A stretch of 64,000 nucleotides of DNA. Source: a virus. Taxonomy: Duplodnaviria > Caudoviricetes. A program made the position numbers and the translations under genes. The stretch covers positions 1 through 64,000 of the IMG/VR virus record IMGVR_UViG_3300046615_000208. The stretch is one strand, 5' to 3'. Shown here piece after piece: positions 7,417-15,069 of this stretch (position 1 is the stretch's first letter; each line of letters begins with the position of its first letter). A model generated the notes under the pieces. It searched no databases. It saw only the letters and a program-made list of their open reading frames with translations, and was not told where the DNA came from.

Positions 7417-7427
7417 CGTAGTACAAT

Positions 7428-7501
7428 GGCCCTGTATCCCAACTGGCAGAGGACGTAGGTTGAGAGCTTACGCGTTGGAGGTTCGAATCCTCTCAGGGTC
7501 A
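7428..7501 (+). tRNA. tRNA-Leu(GAG), short variable loop
   Basis: GGCCCTG/CAGGGTC; CGTAGG-TTGAGAG-CTTACG. Confidence 0.87.
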
Positions 7502-7553
7502 CGTTTGACAGAGATTTTTCTCTGTGATACAATGTAGGTAACGAAAGGTAGTT

Positions 7554-7790
7554 ATGGAATTTGTAACAGTTACACCTAAATACACGGTTCACCGGGCAGT
7601 ACAGATTACCAACGAGAACATCGTTGAGATTGCGGAATCTGTCAATGGTACCGTAGAAGAAGGTGTTCTGAAATTCACCATCTCTAACCACGATCTCTAC
7701 GGACTCGCTGGTGACTGGTTGGTGTTCTTCGGCACAGATGTTCACATCTATACCGATAAGTACTACCAGAGGAATTACGATCTGGCTTGA
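7554..7790 (+). CDS. Hypothetical protein
   Basis: TTGACA..TACAAT promoter and GAAAGG SD. Confidence 0.7.
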   Translation: MEFVTVTPKYTVHRAVQITNENIVEIAESVNGTVEEGVLKFTISNHDLYGLAGDWLVFFGTDVHIYTDKYYQRNYDLA

Positions 7791-7822
7791 TTTAATGAAA
7801 TGACTGTGGTATACTTAATAGT

Positions 7823-8299
7823 ATGACTAAAGTTAAGTATACCAAAGAGCTTCTACAAGAAACTGTAGATGCAAGCACGTCTATGCGTGGTGTACTGGCA
7901 CTTCTAGGTTTAAAACTGGCAGGCGGGTCCTTTACGCACGTGAAGAAGCGCATTGATGGGTATGGTATATCTACCGGACACTTCACTGGGCAAGGGCATA
8001 TGAAGGGTAAACCAGCCCAAAGAAGAAAAACCTGCGAAGAGATTTTTATAGTATTACCCGAAGGTTCTAATAGACCTAAAGCTATACAACTGCGTAGAGC
8101 GCTCCTAGAAGTAGGAGTAAAAGAGGAATGTGTTGAATGTGGGCAAGGCCCACTCTGGAACGGTAAGAAACTCCAGTTGCATGTTGACCACGTCAACGGA
8201 AACTGGTACAATAATCTTAGAGAAAATTTGAGATTTCTTTGTCCTAACTGCCATACACAGCAGGAAGAGACTAACAGGCCTCATAAGAACTCTAAATAA
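7823..8299 (+). CDS. HNH homing endonuclease
   Basis: CVEC..LHVDHVNGNWYNN..ENLRFLCPNCH; AT-richer than flanks. Confidence 0.9.
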   Translation: MTKVKYTKELLQETVDASTSMRGVLALLGLKLAGGSFTHVKKRIDGYGISTGHFTGQGHMKGKPAQRRKTCEEIFIVLPEGSNRPKAIQLRRALLEVGVKEECVECGQGPLWNGKKLQLHVDHVNGNWYNNLRENLRFLCPNCHTQQEETNRPHKNSK

Positions 8300-8300
8300 T

Positions 8301-8384
8301 GGGTGTGTGGCGGAACGGCGAGACGCGCTGCGCTTAGAACGCAGTACATAAGAACCACTGTGGGTTCAAATCCCACCATGCCCA
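8301..8384 (+). tRNA. tRNA-Leu(TAG), longer variable region
   Basis: GGGTGTG/CATGCCC; CTGCG-CTTAGAA-CGCAG. Confidence 0.9.
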
Positions 8385-8488
8385 CGAATGTTCGTTATTG
8401 ACATTGTGTCCGCATATCTGATAATATGTGGGTAGCACGAAGCGAGGAATTATCAGTACCCTCACAAAATAACATGTGTTTGTGATTA

Positions 8489-8558
8489 TCTCTTGGACTA
8501 ATTGGAAACTCGGGTACCGCGAGCGTATCAGACACAGGTTCGATTCCTGCGGGGAGAA
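8489..8558 (+). ncRNA. tRNA-like element without a canonical anticodon loop
   Basis: TCTCTT/GGGAGA; GGTAC-CGCGAGC-GTATC; CAGG-TTCGATT-CCTG. Confidence 0.45.
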
Positions 8559-8571
8559 AACAAGCACGAAT

Positions 8572-8644
8572 GCCTCTATAGTATAACGGCAATTACTGCT
8601 CGTTCTTAGCGAGTTAGATCGGGGTTCGAATCCTCGTGGGGGCA
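8572..8644 (+). tRNA. tRNA-Lys(CTT)
   Basis: GCCTCTA/TGGGGGC; GCTCG-TTCTTAG-CGAGT. Confidence 0.9.
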
Positions 8645-8814
8645 CGCTTCTGGATGGCACCAGAAACCCCTTCCTCGGGGTTATAATGAGGCGTGCGAGT
8701 TAGTGTACGTAAACTTGACTAACAGGGTTCGGTCGGAGAACGCTTATGGGACTTACCGACGATTTGCAGCTTAGATTAAAGCTCCGGTGATGGACGCCAA
8801 TCCTAGCCCGTAAT

Positions 8815-8886
8815 GCCTCTATCGTATAACGGTAATTACTGGGTACTCTTAATACTCAAATCGGGGTTCGATTCCCTGTGGGGGCA
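8815..8886 (+). tRNA. tRNA-Lys(CTT), second copy
   Basis: GGGTA-CTCTTAA-TACTC. Confidence 0.9.
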
Positions 8887-8892
8887 CGCAAT

Positions 8893-8997
8893 GCGGAATG
8901 GTCGAAGGGCCGGTAAAATTCTATAGTCACAGTCTCGTCCATAGGCTCCTTGCAGGATGATATCGCCGTCGCAAAGGCTGTAGAGCACCATTCCGCT
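8893..8997 (+). ncRNA. Candidate structured RNA
   Basis: GCGGAATGGT/ACCATTCCGC outer stem; TTCTATAGTC/GGCTGTAGAG inner stem. Confidence 0.45.
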
Positions 8998-9050
8998 AAA
9001 CTAGCAGGACTTACCTCTTATATGGTACCTTTGACGTATGAGCCTGCTTT

Positions 9051-9122
9051 GCCCTTATGGTCCAATGGATACGACACTGGTCTTCTAAGCCAAGGATGGG
9101 AGTTCGATTCTCTCTAGGGGCG
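9051..9122 (+). tRNA. tRNA-Arg(TCT)
   Basis: GCCCTTA/TAGGGGC; loop CTTCTAA. Confidence 0.9.
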
Positions 9123-9214
9123 CGATTCAGGCTGGAGTTTACTCCAGATTATCTCTCCATAGCATCCTGCTCTGCGATTGGACCAGTTATGCCGTACTGG
9201 ACAAAAACGGCTTC

Positions 9215-9287
9215 GCCTCTATGGTCTAAACGGCAATGACTCGCGTCTTTTACACGTGAAATTCCAGTTCGAATCTGGGTGGGGGCA
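9215..9287 (+). tRNA. tRNA-Lys(TTT)
   Basis: CGCGT-CTTTTAC-ACGTG. Confidence 0.9.
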
Positions 9288-9291
9288 CAAT

Positions 9292-9320
9292 TTGACACTC
9301 TCGCGAAGAGATGTTAAACT
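9292..9320 (+). promoter_or_regulatory. sigmaA-type promoter of the 9358 gene and downstream RNA
   Basis: TTGACA-N17-TAAACT with TG extension. Confidence 0.7.
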
Positions 9321-9357
9321 AGATACAACAAAGACAAACGACGAAAGGTAAATTATC

Positions 9358-10089
9358 ATGACTAAGCTTAATCAGATTGTTGCAGTGGAAAAGGGCGAAA
9401 AGGCTCGCGCACTCACCGAGGAAACCGTACTCCACCGCGAAGTCCAGAAGACCCCTCTTCTCGCCGGTATCTCCCGTACCTACAAGCCCAAGGACGACGA
9501 TGGCGACCAGCTTCCCGCTGAGTCTACCCGCGTTCAGGTCAACGCCGAGGACATCCTCGAAAAGCTGGGCAAGACCCTGACCAATCTCTTCGACATCACC
9601 CTCACCAAGGAAGTTGCCAACACCAAGGCGACCGCAGATGTAGTTGTTGATGGCAAGACCCTCATCAAGGGCGCTCCGGTCACCTACCTGCTCTTCCTTG
9701 AGAAGCAGCTTATCAACCTCCGTACCTTCGTCGCCAAGCTCCCGATCCTCGATCCGGCTGAGAACTGGACCAAGGACCCGAACACTGGTGCTTGGGCAAC
9801 CGATCCCACCCAGACCGTCAAGACCAAGAAGGTTCCGAAGAACTGGGTCAAGGCTGAAGCTACCGACCGCCACCCGGCACAGGTCGAAATCTTCCACGAG
9901 GATGTCATTCAGGGAACATGGACCACAGTCAAGTTCTCCGGTGCCCTTCCCCAGACCCGAGTCGCGGAACTCACCGAGCGTGTCGATGCTCTGATCAAGG
10001 CAGTTAAGTTTGCCCGAGAAGAAGCCAACAACGCCGACGTTGATGACACCAAGGCAGCTAAGGCTGTCTTCGACTACCTACTCAAGTAG
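9358..10089 (+). CDS. Conserved protein of unknown function (243 aa), linked to the downstream tRNA-like RNA
   Basis: Strongly biased, highly-expressed-type codon use; motifs KLNQIVAVEKG, RTYKPKDDDGDQLPAE, PVTYLLFLEKQL, HPAQVE, KFSGA, VKFAREEAN. Confidence 0.9.
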   Translation: MTKLNQIVAVEKGEKARALTEETVLHREVQKTPLLAGISRTYKPKDDDGDQLPAESTRVQVNAEDILEKLGKTLTNLFDITLTKEVANTKATADVVVDGKTLIKGAPVTYLLFLEKQLINLRTFVAKLPILDPAENWTKDPNTGAWATDPTQTVKTKKVPKNWVKAEATDRHPAQVEIFHEDVIQGTWTTVKFSGALPQTRVAELTERVDALIKAVKFAREEANNADVDDTKAAKAVFDYLLK

Positions 10090-10109
10090 TCCCCTAGATT
10101 CCTACGTGA

Positions 10110-10490
10110 GCGCGTAGGTGCACGAAAGTGCTAGACTGAAGTTGATTCCTCAGACTAAAAAGTATTCTCAGCCCCAGTGGAGGTTCGAATCCTCCCCCTG
10201 CCACCAATTCATGGCAGGGTAGTCCAAATGGTAGAGACAGCCCCGGATACGTATTAGACTCAAGTTATCGCTCAAGTCTTAGTACCGTACCACCCTTGTG
10301 GGTCAACCACTACACTAACTATTTATGAGATAAGGGTTCGATCCCCTTTCCGCCCTCTGAGTCCTCGACTCTATGTAACACCCAAGGGCGGATGGCTTAA
10401 TGGCATAGCGCATAAACTTCAAACTGAAGTGTAGTTTAAACGTATCACAGGGGAATGATGGAAACAATCATGCAAATATGATCAAACATT
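10110..10490 (+). ncRNA. Double circularly permuted tRNA-like (Y-RNA/YrlA-like) ncRNA
   Basis: Two T-arm -> loop-closed acceptor stem -> D-arm modules (10179-10238, 10332-10409), each on a long closing stem. Confidence 0.75.
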
Positions 10491-10492
10491 TG

Positions 10493-10529
10493 GACCCCCT
10501 AGAGTCGGATATGCTCTAGGGGGTCGTTT
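10493..10529 (+). terminator. Intrinsic terminator
   Basis: GACCCCCTAGAG/CTCTAGGGGGTC then GTTT. Confidence 0.75.
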
Positions 10530-10572
10530 CCATTTCCGGGGTATAATGGTTTGTCACCTATTAGGAGAAACC

Positions 10573-10848
10573 ATGCTCAAATCCCTTTGGTCCTCGGTCC
10601 AAAATGACCCTGTATTCATGAGAAAAGTGAACGGATGGGCCGCAATAATCTGGTTCGTAGCCGCATTCCCCATCTGTATTTTCCTTTCCACTTCCGTCCC
10701 TTTCCTAGTTTTCATCTCTGTCTATGCTGTTGTTACAGGACACTGGTCCTCGTGGCAGGCTGCAAGGGTTGAGGTCAGGCAGGAGGAAGAAGCGGATAAA
10801 GCCGAGAAAAAAGGTAAGACAGAATTTGGAGATACGTCTTACCTGTGA
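10573..10848 (+). CDS. Small two-TM membrane protein (possible holin)
   Basis: AGGAG SD; two hydrophobic segments and a charged tail; near the endolysin. Confidence 0.6.
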   Translation: MLKSLWSSVQNDPVFMRKVNGWAAIIWFVAAFPICIFLSTSVPFLVFISVYAVVTGHWSSWQAARVEVRQEEEADKAEKKGKTEFGDTSYL

Positions 10849-10859
10849 TAGACTTGTAT

Positions 10860-10985
10860 AAGTAAGCACAGCGGACAAGGCTATGGAGCGTGATCCGGGA
10901 AACGGTAGCAGGAGACTTCGGTCGTTTAGACTACGCCGCAACCGGAAACAAAGCTGTGGGATGCGCGTGGCTGACCAGCTTACTT
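10860..10985 (+). ncRNA. Candidate structured RNA
   Basis: AAGTAAGC/GCTTACTT closing stem, CACAGC/GCTGTG, GAC-TTCG-GTC. Confidence 0.4.
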
Positions 10986-11009
10986 CACACATCTACACTA
11001 TAGGAACCA

Positions 11010-11432
11010 ATGATTCAAAATCCAGTATACGTAAAAACAAACCCTGACTACATCTACGTCGGGGAAGTCGCGGACTGGACTGACGGGGACACAGTCAAGG
11101 TCGATATTTGGATTTTCCTAGACCTAGGATTCCAAGACTATCAGCACAACCTCAAGAAACACAGCTTCAGGCTCACAGGCATTGACACTCCAGAAAAGGG
11201 AAAACCGGGATACAAAGAAGCAACAGCCTTCAACGAAGAAAATTTCCCTGTCGGAACCGAGATCAGGGTCAAGACCTACAAGATGTCTACAGGATACACC
11301 TCCGGTGAGAAGTACGGAAGATACCTTGCGGACATCTACTCGACGGATATGGACTTCAATCTCAACGAAGCTCTCGTGGCTTCCGGACTGGCCGTTCATT
11401 ACGATGGGGGCAAGAAGTTGACAACTGCCTAG
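11010..11432 (+). CDS. Thermonuclease (SNase-like)
   Basis: DGDT, RLTGIDTPE, KYGRYLA, NEALVASGLA motifs. Confidence 0.9.
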   Translation: MIQNPVYVKTNPDYIYVGEVADWTDGDTVKVDIWIFLDLGFQDYQHNLKKHSFRLTGIDTPEKGKPGYKEATAFNEENFPVGTEIRVKTYKMSTGYTSGEKYGRYLADIYSTDMDFNLNEALVASGLAVHYDGGKKLTTA

Positions 11433-11444
11433 AGCAGTGCTAGC

Positions 11445-11496
11445 CGTTTTCGATGGTAAAATAGAGGGTAACCTCTCTAGACTACCATCGGAGGCG
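11445..11496 (+). promoter_or_regulatory. SD-sequestering hairpin with an internal extended -10 before the endolysin
   Basis: CGTTTTCGATGGTA pairs with TACCATCGGAGGCG; TGGTAAAAT starts within the 5' arm. Confidence 0.65.
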
Positions 11497-11500
11497 ACTC

Positions 11501-13417
11501 ATGTCGCTAATTGCTCCCGTAACCGCACGTGTGTCCCAAGTGTTTGGGGCAAACCCAAGTTCAATTCAGCCTAACGGCCACACCGGTAAAGACTATGCCA
11601 TCCCGATCAACACGCCTGTCATGGCTGCTGGTGCGGGAACTGTTGTGTGGGCTGACTGGGCCACCAAACTCTCCGCGTCTAACAAGTGGTGGATCGCCCC
11701 GGCCTACGCCGGTATCTGCGTCGTCATCGACCACGGAGACGGCTTCCTGACCCTTTACGCCCACCTGAACAGCACTCCGCTGAACATCGGAAACAGGGTC
11801 ACTCAGGGGCAGCAGATCGGCCTCTCAGGCACCACAGGACTCTCTACCGGCCCTCACCTCCACTTCGAGGTGCTGGGCTGGCCGCTACAGCCTTACAACG
11901 GCTTCTACGGGCGTCTGAACCCGGACAAGTACCTGACGACTATCGTTCCGGCAGCGTCTCTCGCCGCCAACCAGCGTAAGGCTGGGGCCGACAACGTGAA
12001 CATGCGTTCCGAACCCAAGTCCAGCGCCAAGGTTCTCCGTGTCATCAATGGGAACACCGTTGAGACATTCACCGGATGGATCGACGGAGAGACTGTCAAG
12101 GGTATCAACATCTGGTACAAAGACGCTCAGGGTTATGCTTGGTCTGGTGGATTCACGTCCCAGTCCACTACGGGCCTGACTAATCTCAACCCGAAGCCTC
12201 CTGTGGTTGTCAATCCGGCTCAGCGTACTGCTGGCACCGATAATGTGAACATGCGCTCCGAGCCGAAGACTTCTGCCCCGGTTATCCGTGTCATCTCCGG
12301 GAAGACCAACGAGGTCTTCACCGGCTACGTGATCGGTGAACCGGTCAAGGGGATCAACGTCTGGTACAAGGATGCTCAAGGCTATGCGTGGGCCGGTGGC
12401 TTCACCTCTCAGGCGACCACAGGTCTGAATAACCTTACGCCAGCACCAGCACCAGCACCAGCACCAGCGCCTAAGCCGGTACCAGTGCCGCCAGTAGTAG
12501 TGCCTGCCCCAACTCCGGAACAGCCGAAGACTGTCGAGAGAACAGTTGTAGACGTAGGTGTACGCGTACGTACTCTACCATACCTGACTGCACCAGTCAA
12601 GGAAGTCCTACCGGCCAACACCAAGGTGACTGTAAAGTCCTTCGTGAACTCCGATAAGGCACTTGACACTTATGTATGGTACGCTTTGGACAACGGATAC
12701 GCTCACGCCTCCGGATTTACTGACCAGACTACATCCGGACTCACTGAGTCTGCTAAGCCTGCTGCACCAGTGGACCCAGAGCCTGAGCTAGGGTACTCCT
12801 TCACTCCGGACTTTGACTTTGTCGAGTACCGACCTGCACATACCGATAACATGGGTGACGGGAACTTCCCGGCCAACCCTGCTATGATTGTACTGCACCA
12901 GATGGACGCGAAGGAGAAGCACCCTTCCCTCGATGGCGTGATCAGCTTCTTCCAGACACCCCGCCCGAATGCACCTACATCGGCTCACTTCGGTGTCTCA
13001 GGTAAGCGAATCGTTCAGTTTGTCTCCCTAAAGGACCGTGCGTTCCACGCTAAGGAAGTTGGCAACAATTACATCGGCATTGAGGTTGACCCACAGGAAG
13101 ACCCGGATACCGTTGAGTCCGTGAAGAAGCTCATTAGGGCTTTGAACGCCAAGTATGGTAAAGTATTCCAGTACATCAAGCACCAGAACGTTCCGGGCAA
13201 CTCCACCTCGTGTGGTAACGATATCCACCTAGAGAAGTACATCGTGGATGCACCTACACCGCAGCCACCTGTGATCGTTGTTCCTCCGATTGTGGACCCA
13301 GAGCCAGAACCGACACCTACCCCGGAGCCTGCTCCAGAGAAGGATGAAGAGTTCGAAGCTCTCGTTGACGATCTCCTAGTTTCCTTGAAGAAGGTTCTTG
13401 TTCATCTGAACAAGTAA
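11501..13417 (+). CDS. Endolysin: M23 peptidase, three SH3-like repeats, amidase_2 domain
   Basis: HTGKD, YAHL, STGPHLHFE; repeated NMRSEPK..WYK..GYAW; IVLH..SAHF..AFHA..IGIE..H..C. Confidence 0.9.
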   Translation: MSLIAPVTARVSQVFGANPSSIQPNGHTGKDYAIPINTPVMAAGAGTVVWADWATKLSASNKWWIAPAYAGICVVIDHGDGFLTLYAHLNSTPLNIGNRVTQGQQIGLSGTTGLSTGPHLHFEVLGWPLQPYNGFYGRLNPDKYLTTIVPAASLAANQRKAGADNVNMRSEPKSSAKVLRVINGNTVETFTGWIDGETVKGINIWYKDAQGYAWSGGFTSQSTTGLTNLNPKPPVVVNPAQRTAGTDNVNMRSEPKTSAPVIRVISGKTNEVFTGYVIGEPVKGINVWYKDAQGYAWAGGFTSQATTGLNNLTPAPAPAPAPAPKPVPVPPVVVPAPTPEQPKTVERTVVDVGVRVRTLPYLTAPVKEVLPANTKVTVKSFVNSDKALDTYVWYALDNGYAHASGFTDQTTSGLTESAKPAAPVDPEPELGYSFTPDFDFVEYRPAHTDNMGDGNFPANPAMIVLHQMDAKEKHPSLDGVISFFQTPRPNAPTSAHFGVSGKRIVQFVSLKDRAFHAKEVGNNYIGIEVDPQEDPDTVESVKKLIRALNAKYGKVFQYIKHQNVPGNSTSCGNDIHLEKYIVDAPTPQPPVIVVPPIVDPEPEPTPTPEPAPEKDEEFEALVDDLLVSLKKVLVHLNK

Positions 13418-13555
13418 AACACTTGCTTCACCGCAGAAGGCTGAGACTTGACTCTCGGCCTTCTGTCGTTATATAATTGTTACTTGTCCATGCCGCAACC
13501 CTACAAGAAAGAAGAAGGCAGCCTAACAGCATTCGAAAACTATCAAAACGGACCT

Positions 13556-14221
13556 ATGAATACTAAAAATAAACTCACTGCCCTTGTAACTTCTATCCTG
13601 CTTTTGGTCGGCTTCGCAGGACCCACACAAGCCGCCCCAGAGAAACACGAACCATCAGCGATTACCCGCACCGCCGAGATGGTGTCTGCACCCGCAGTTT
13701 CTCTTCGCTACGTCAAAGTAGCCGTCCAAACTACCCACACTACCCCTCTTGCCCCAAAGCCGGAACCGGTGTACACGCCAGTAGCGCTTCAGAGCGTCCC
13801 TACGGCCCCTGTACAGCCCCAGCAGACACAGAGTGGGCCAACTACCCAGACAGTGGCTGCAAGGGCCGCTACGACCGCTGTAGCGCCTCCTGCGCCTGTG
13901 GCCCCTTATGGTTCCGGTAGTGGTGCAGCCCTTCTGGCCTCTGCACGATCTCAGATCGGCCAGATTCAGGACTGCACAGCGATGGTTGAACGTGCCCTAG
14001 GTTCCATCGGAATTGTTACCGGTGACCTTGCTCCAGCGCAGTTCTTCCAATTCGGTACTGTTGTCGCAACTCCTGCTCCCGGTGATATCCTCATTTCGGC
14101 GGGTCACGTTGGAATCTACGCCGGAAATGGCATGATGGTCTCCGGTGGATTCAACAACATGCACACCGTTGAACACCCTGTCAGCTACGTCGGCGCTTTC
14201 ACTGCCGTACGTGTTGCATAA
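13556..14221 (+). CDS. Secreted NlpC/P60 peptidoglycan endopeptidase
   Basis: Signal peptide, Pro/Ala linker, QDCTAMV..PGD..GHVGIYAGNG. Confidence 0.85.
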   Translation: MNTKNKLTALVTSILLLVGFAGPTQAAPEKHEPSAITRTAEMVSAPAVSLRYVKVAVQTTHTTPLAPKPEPVYTPVALQSVPTAPVQPQQTQSGPTTQTVAARAATTAVAPPAPVAPYGSGSGAALLASARSQIGQIQDCTAMVERALGSIGIVTGDLAPAQFFQFGTVVATPAPGDILISAGHVGIYAGNGMMVSGGFNNMHTVEHPVSYVGAFTAVRVA

Positions 14222-14272
14222 CTTCTAACATCGTGTTAGAATAGAGTGTCGGCCTTCGGGCCGATACTTCTC

Positions 14273-14344
14273 CCCTCTGGCTCTGGGAAAGCGCAGATTG
14301 CTCATAACGATCTTGGCTGGTTGGTTCGATTCCAACCTGAGGGA
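14273..14344 (+). tRNA. tRNA-Met/Ile2(CAT), atypical
   Basis: AGATTG-CTCATAA-CGATCT; GTTGG-TTCGATT-CCAAC; short D-arm. Confidence 0.72.
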
Positions 14345-14396
14345 CATGGACAATAGAATGATAAAGTACAATGAGGAACTCACATCGTGGGACACC

Positions 14397-14546
14397 ATGA
14401 CTGACGAGGAATTCCTGTCTGCGGCTGAGGGCTGGCTCGCTAAAGCTGGCCTAGCCGCTGAACAAGGGCATAACCTTGTCTTTGTGGGTCGTGGCGGCAT
14501 CAGTCGTCTCCTAGCCATTGCTCGAAATAGCGAGGCACTACGGTGA
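14397..14546 (+). CDS. Hypothetical protein
   Basis: Stop overlaps the next GTG start; start uncertain. Confidence 0.5.
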   Translation: MTDEEFLSAAEGWLAKAGLAAEQGHNLVFVGRGGISRLLAIARNSEALR

Positions 14547-15016
14547 CGGTTAACCAACCCATCAACGAGTTTCAGGGAGACTATCGCTTCCTGTCCAACT
14601 TCTACGTAGGTAATCCCCTCCGTGTCCACGGTATGACGTTTCAGACCTCTGAACACCTGTATCAGGCCCTGAAGACCACTGACCCTTCCGAGGTAAGGGC
14701 CGTCATCTCCTGTCAAACACCCGGAGAATCAAAACGTTTGGGTGCGACCTTGACATTGCGTCCGGACTGGGATAGTGTCAAGGACAGAGCGATGGAAATA
14801 TGTGTTGCCCACAAGTTTGCGGCCAATCCTGATCTTCTGGAGAAGCTTCTAGACACAGGCAGTACCTATCTTCTCGAAGGAAATACGTGGCACGATAACT
14901 ACTGGGGCGGCTGTCAATGCGACAATTGCACCTTCGTTGACTGGCACAACAAACTAGGCTACACTCTAATGAGATACAGGGATACAATGTCACGCTGGAT
15001 GAAAATCGACATTTAG
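14543..15016 (+). CDS. NADAR (YbiA-like) domain protein
   Basis: FLSNFY, TSEHLYQALK, KRLG..LRPDW, KF..NPDL..LL.TG, D.YWG, NKLG..LM. Confidence 0.9.
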   Translation: MTVNQPINEFQGDYRFLSNFYVGNPLRVHGMTFQTSEHLYQALKTTDPSEVRAVISCQTPGESKRLGATLTLRPDWDSVKDRAMEICVAHKFAANPDLLEKLLDTGSTYLLEGNTWHDNYWGGCQCDNCTFVDWHNKLGYTLMRYRDTMSRWMKIDI

Positions 15017-15069
15017 TAAGGTAGCTTATCTGTGATATAATAGTAACTCACCGTTGATTGGAGAATCAC

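Noticed and set aside
1799-9239. Numerous short ORFs on both strands over the tRNA island
   Set aside because: They overlap well-formed tRNAs and lack SD and codon bias.
10179-10409. Ordinary or intron-containing tRNA genes
   Set aside because: Arms are in permuted order, there is no anticodon loop, and the 5' strand of module 1 (GGCAGGG) does not pair with the 3' strand of module 2 (TCCGCCC).
13480-13555. c-di-AMP riboswitch before NlpC/P60
   Set aside because: The leader is too short and lacks the conserved motifs.
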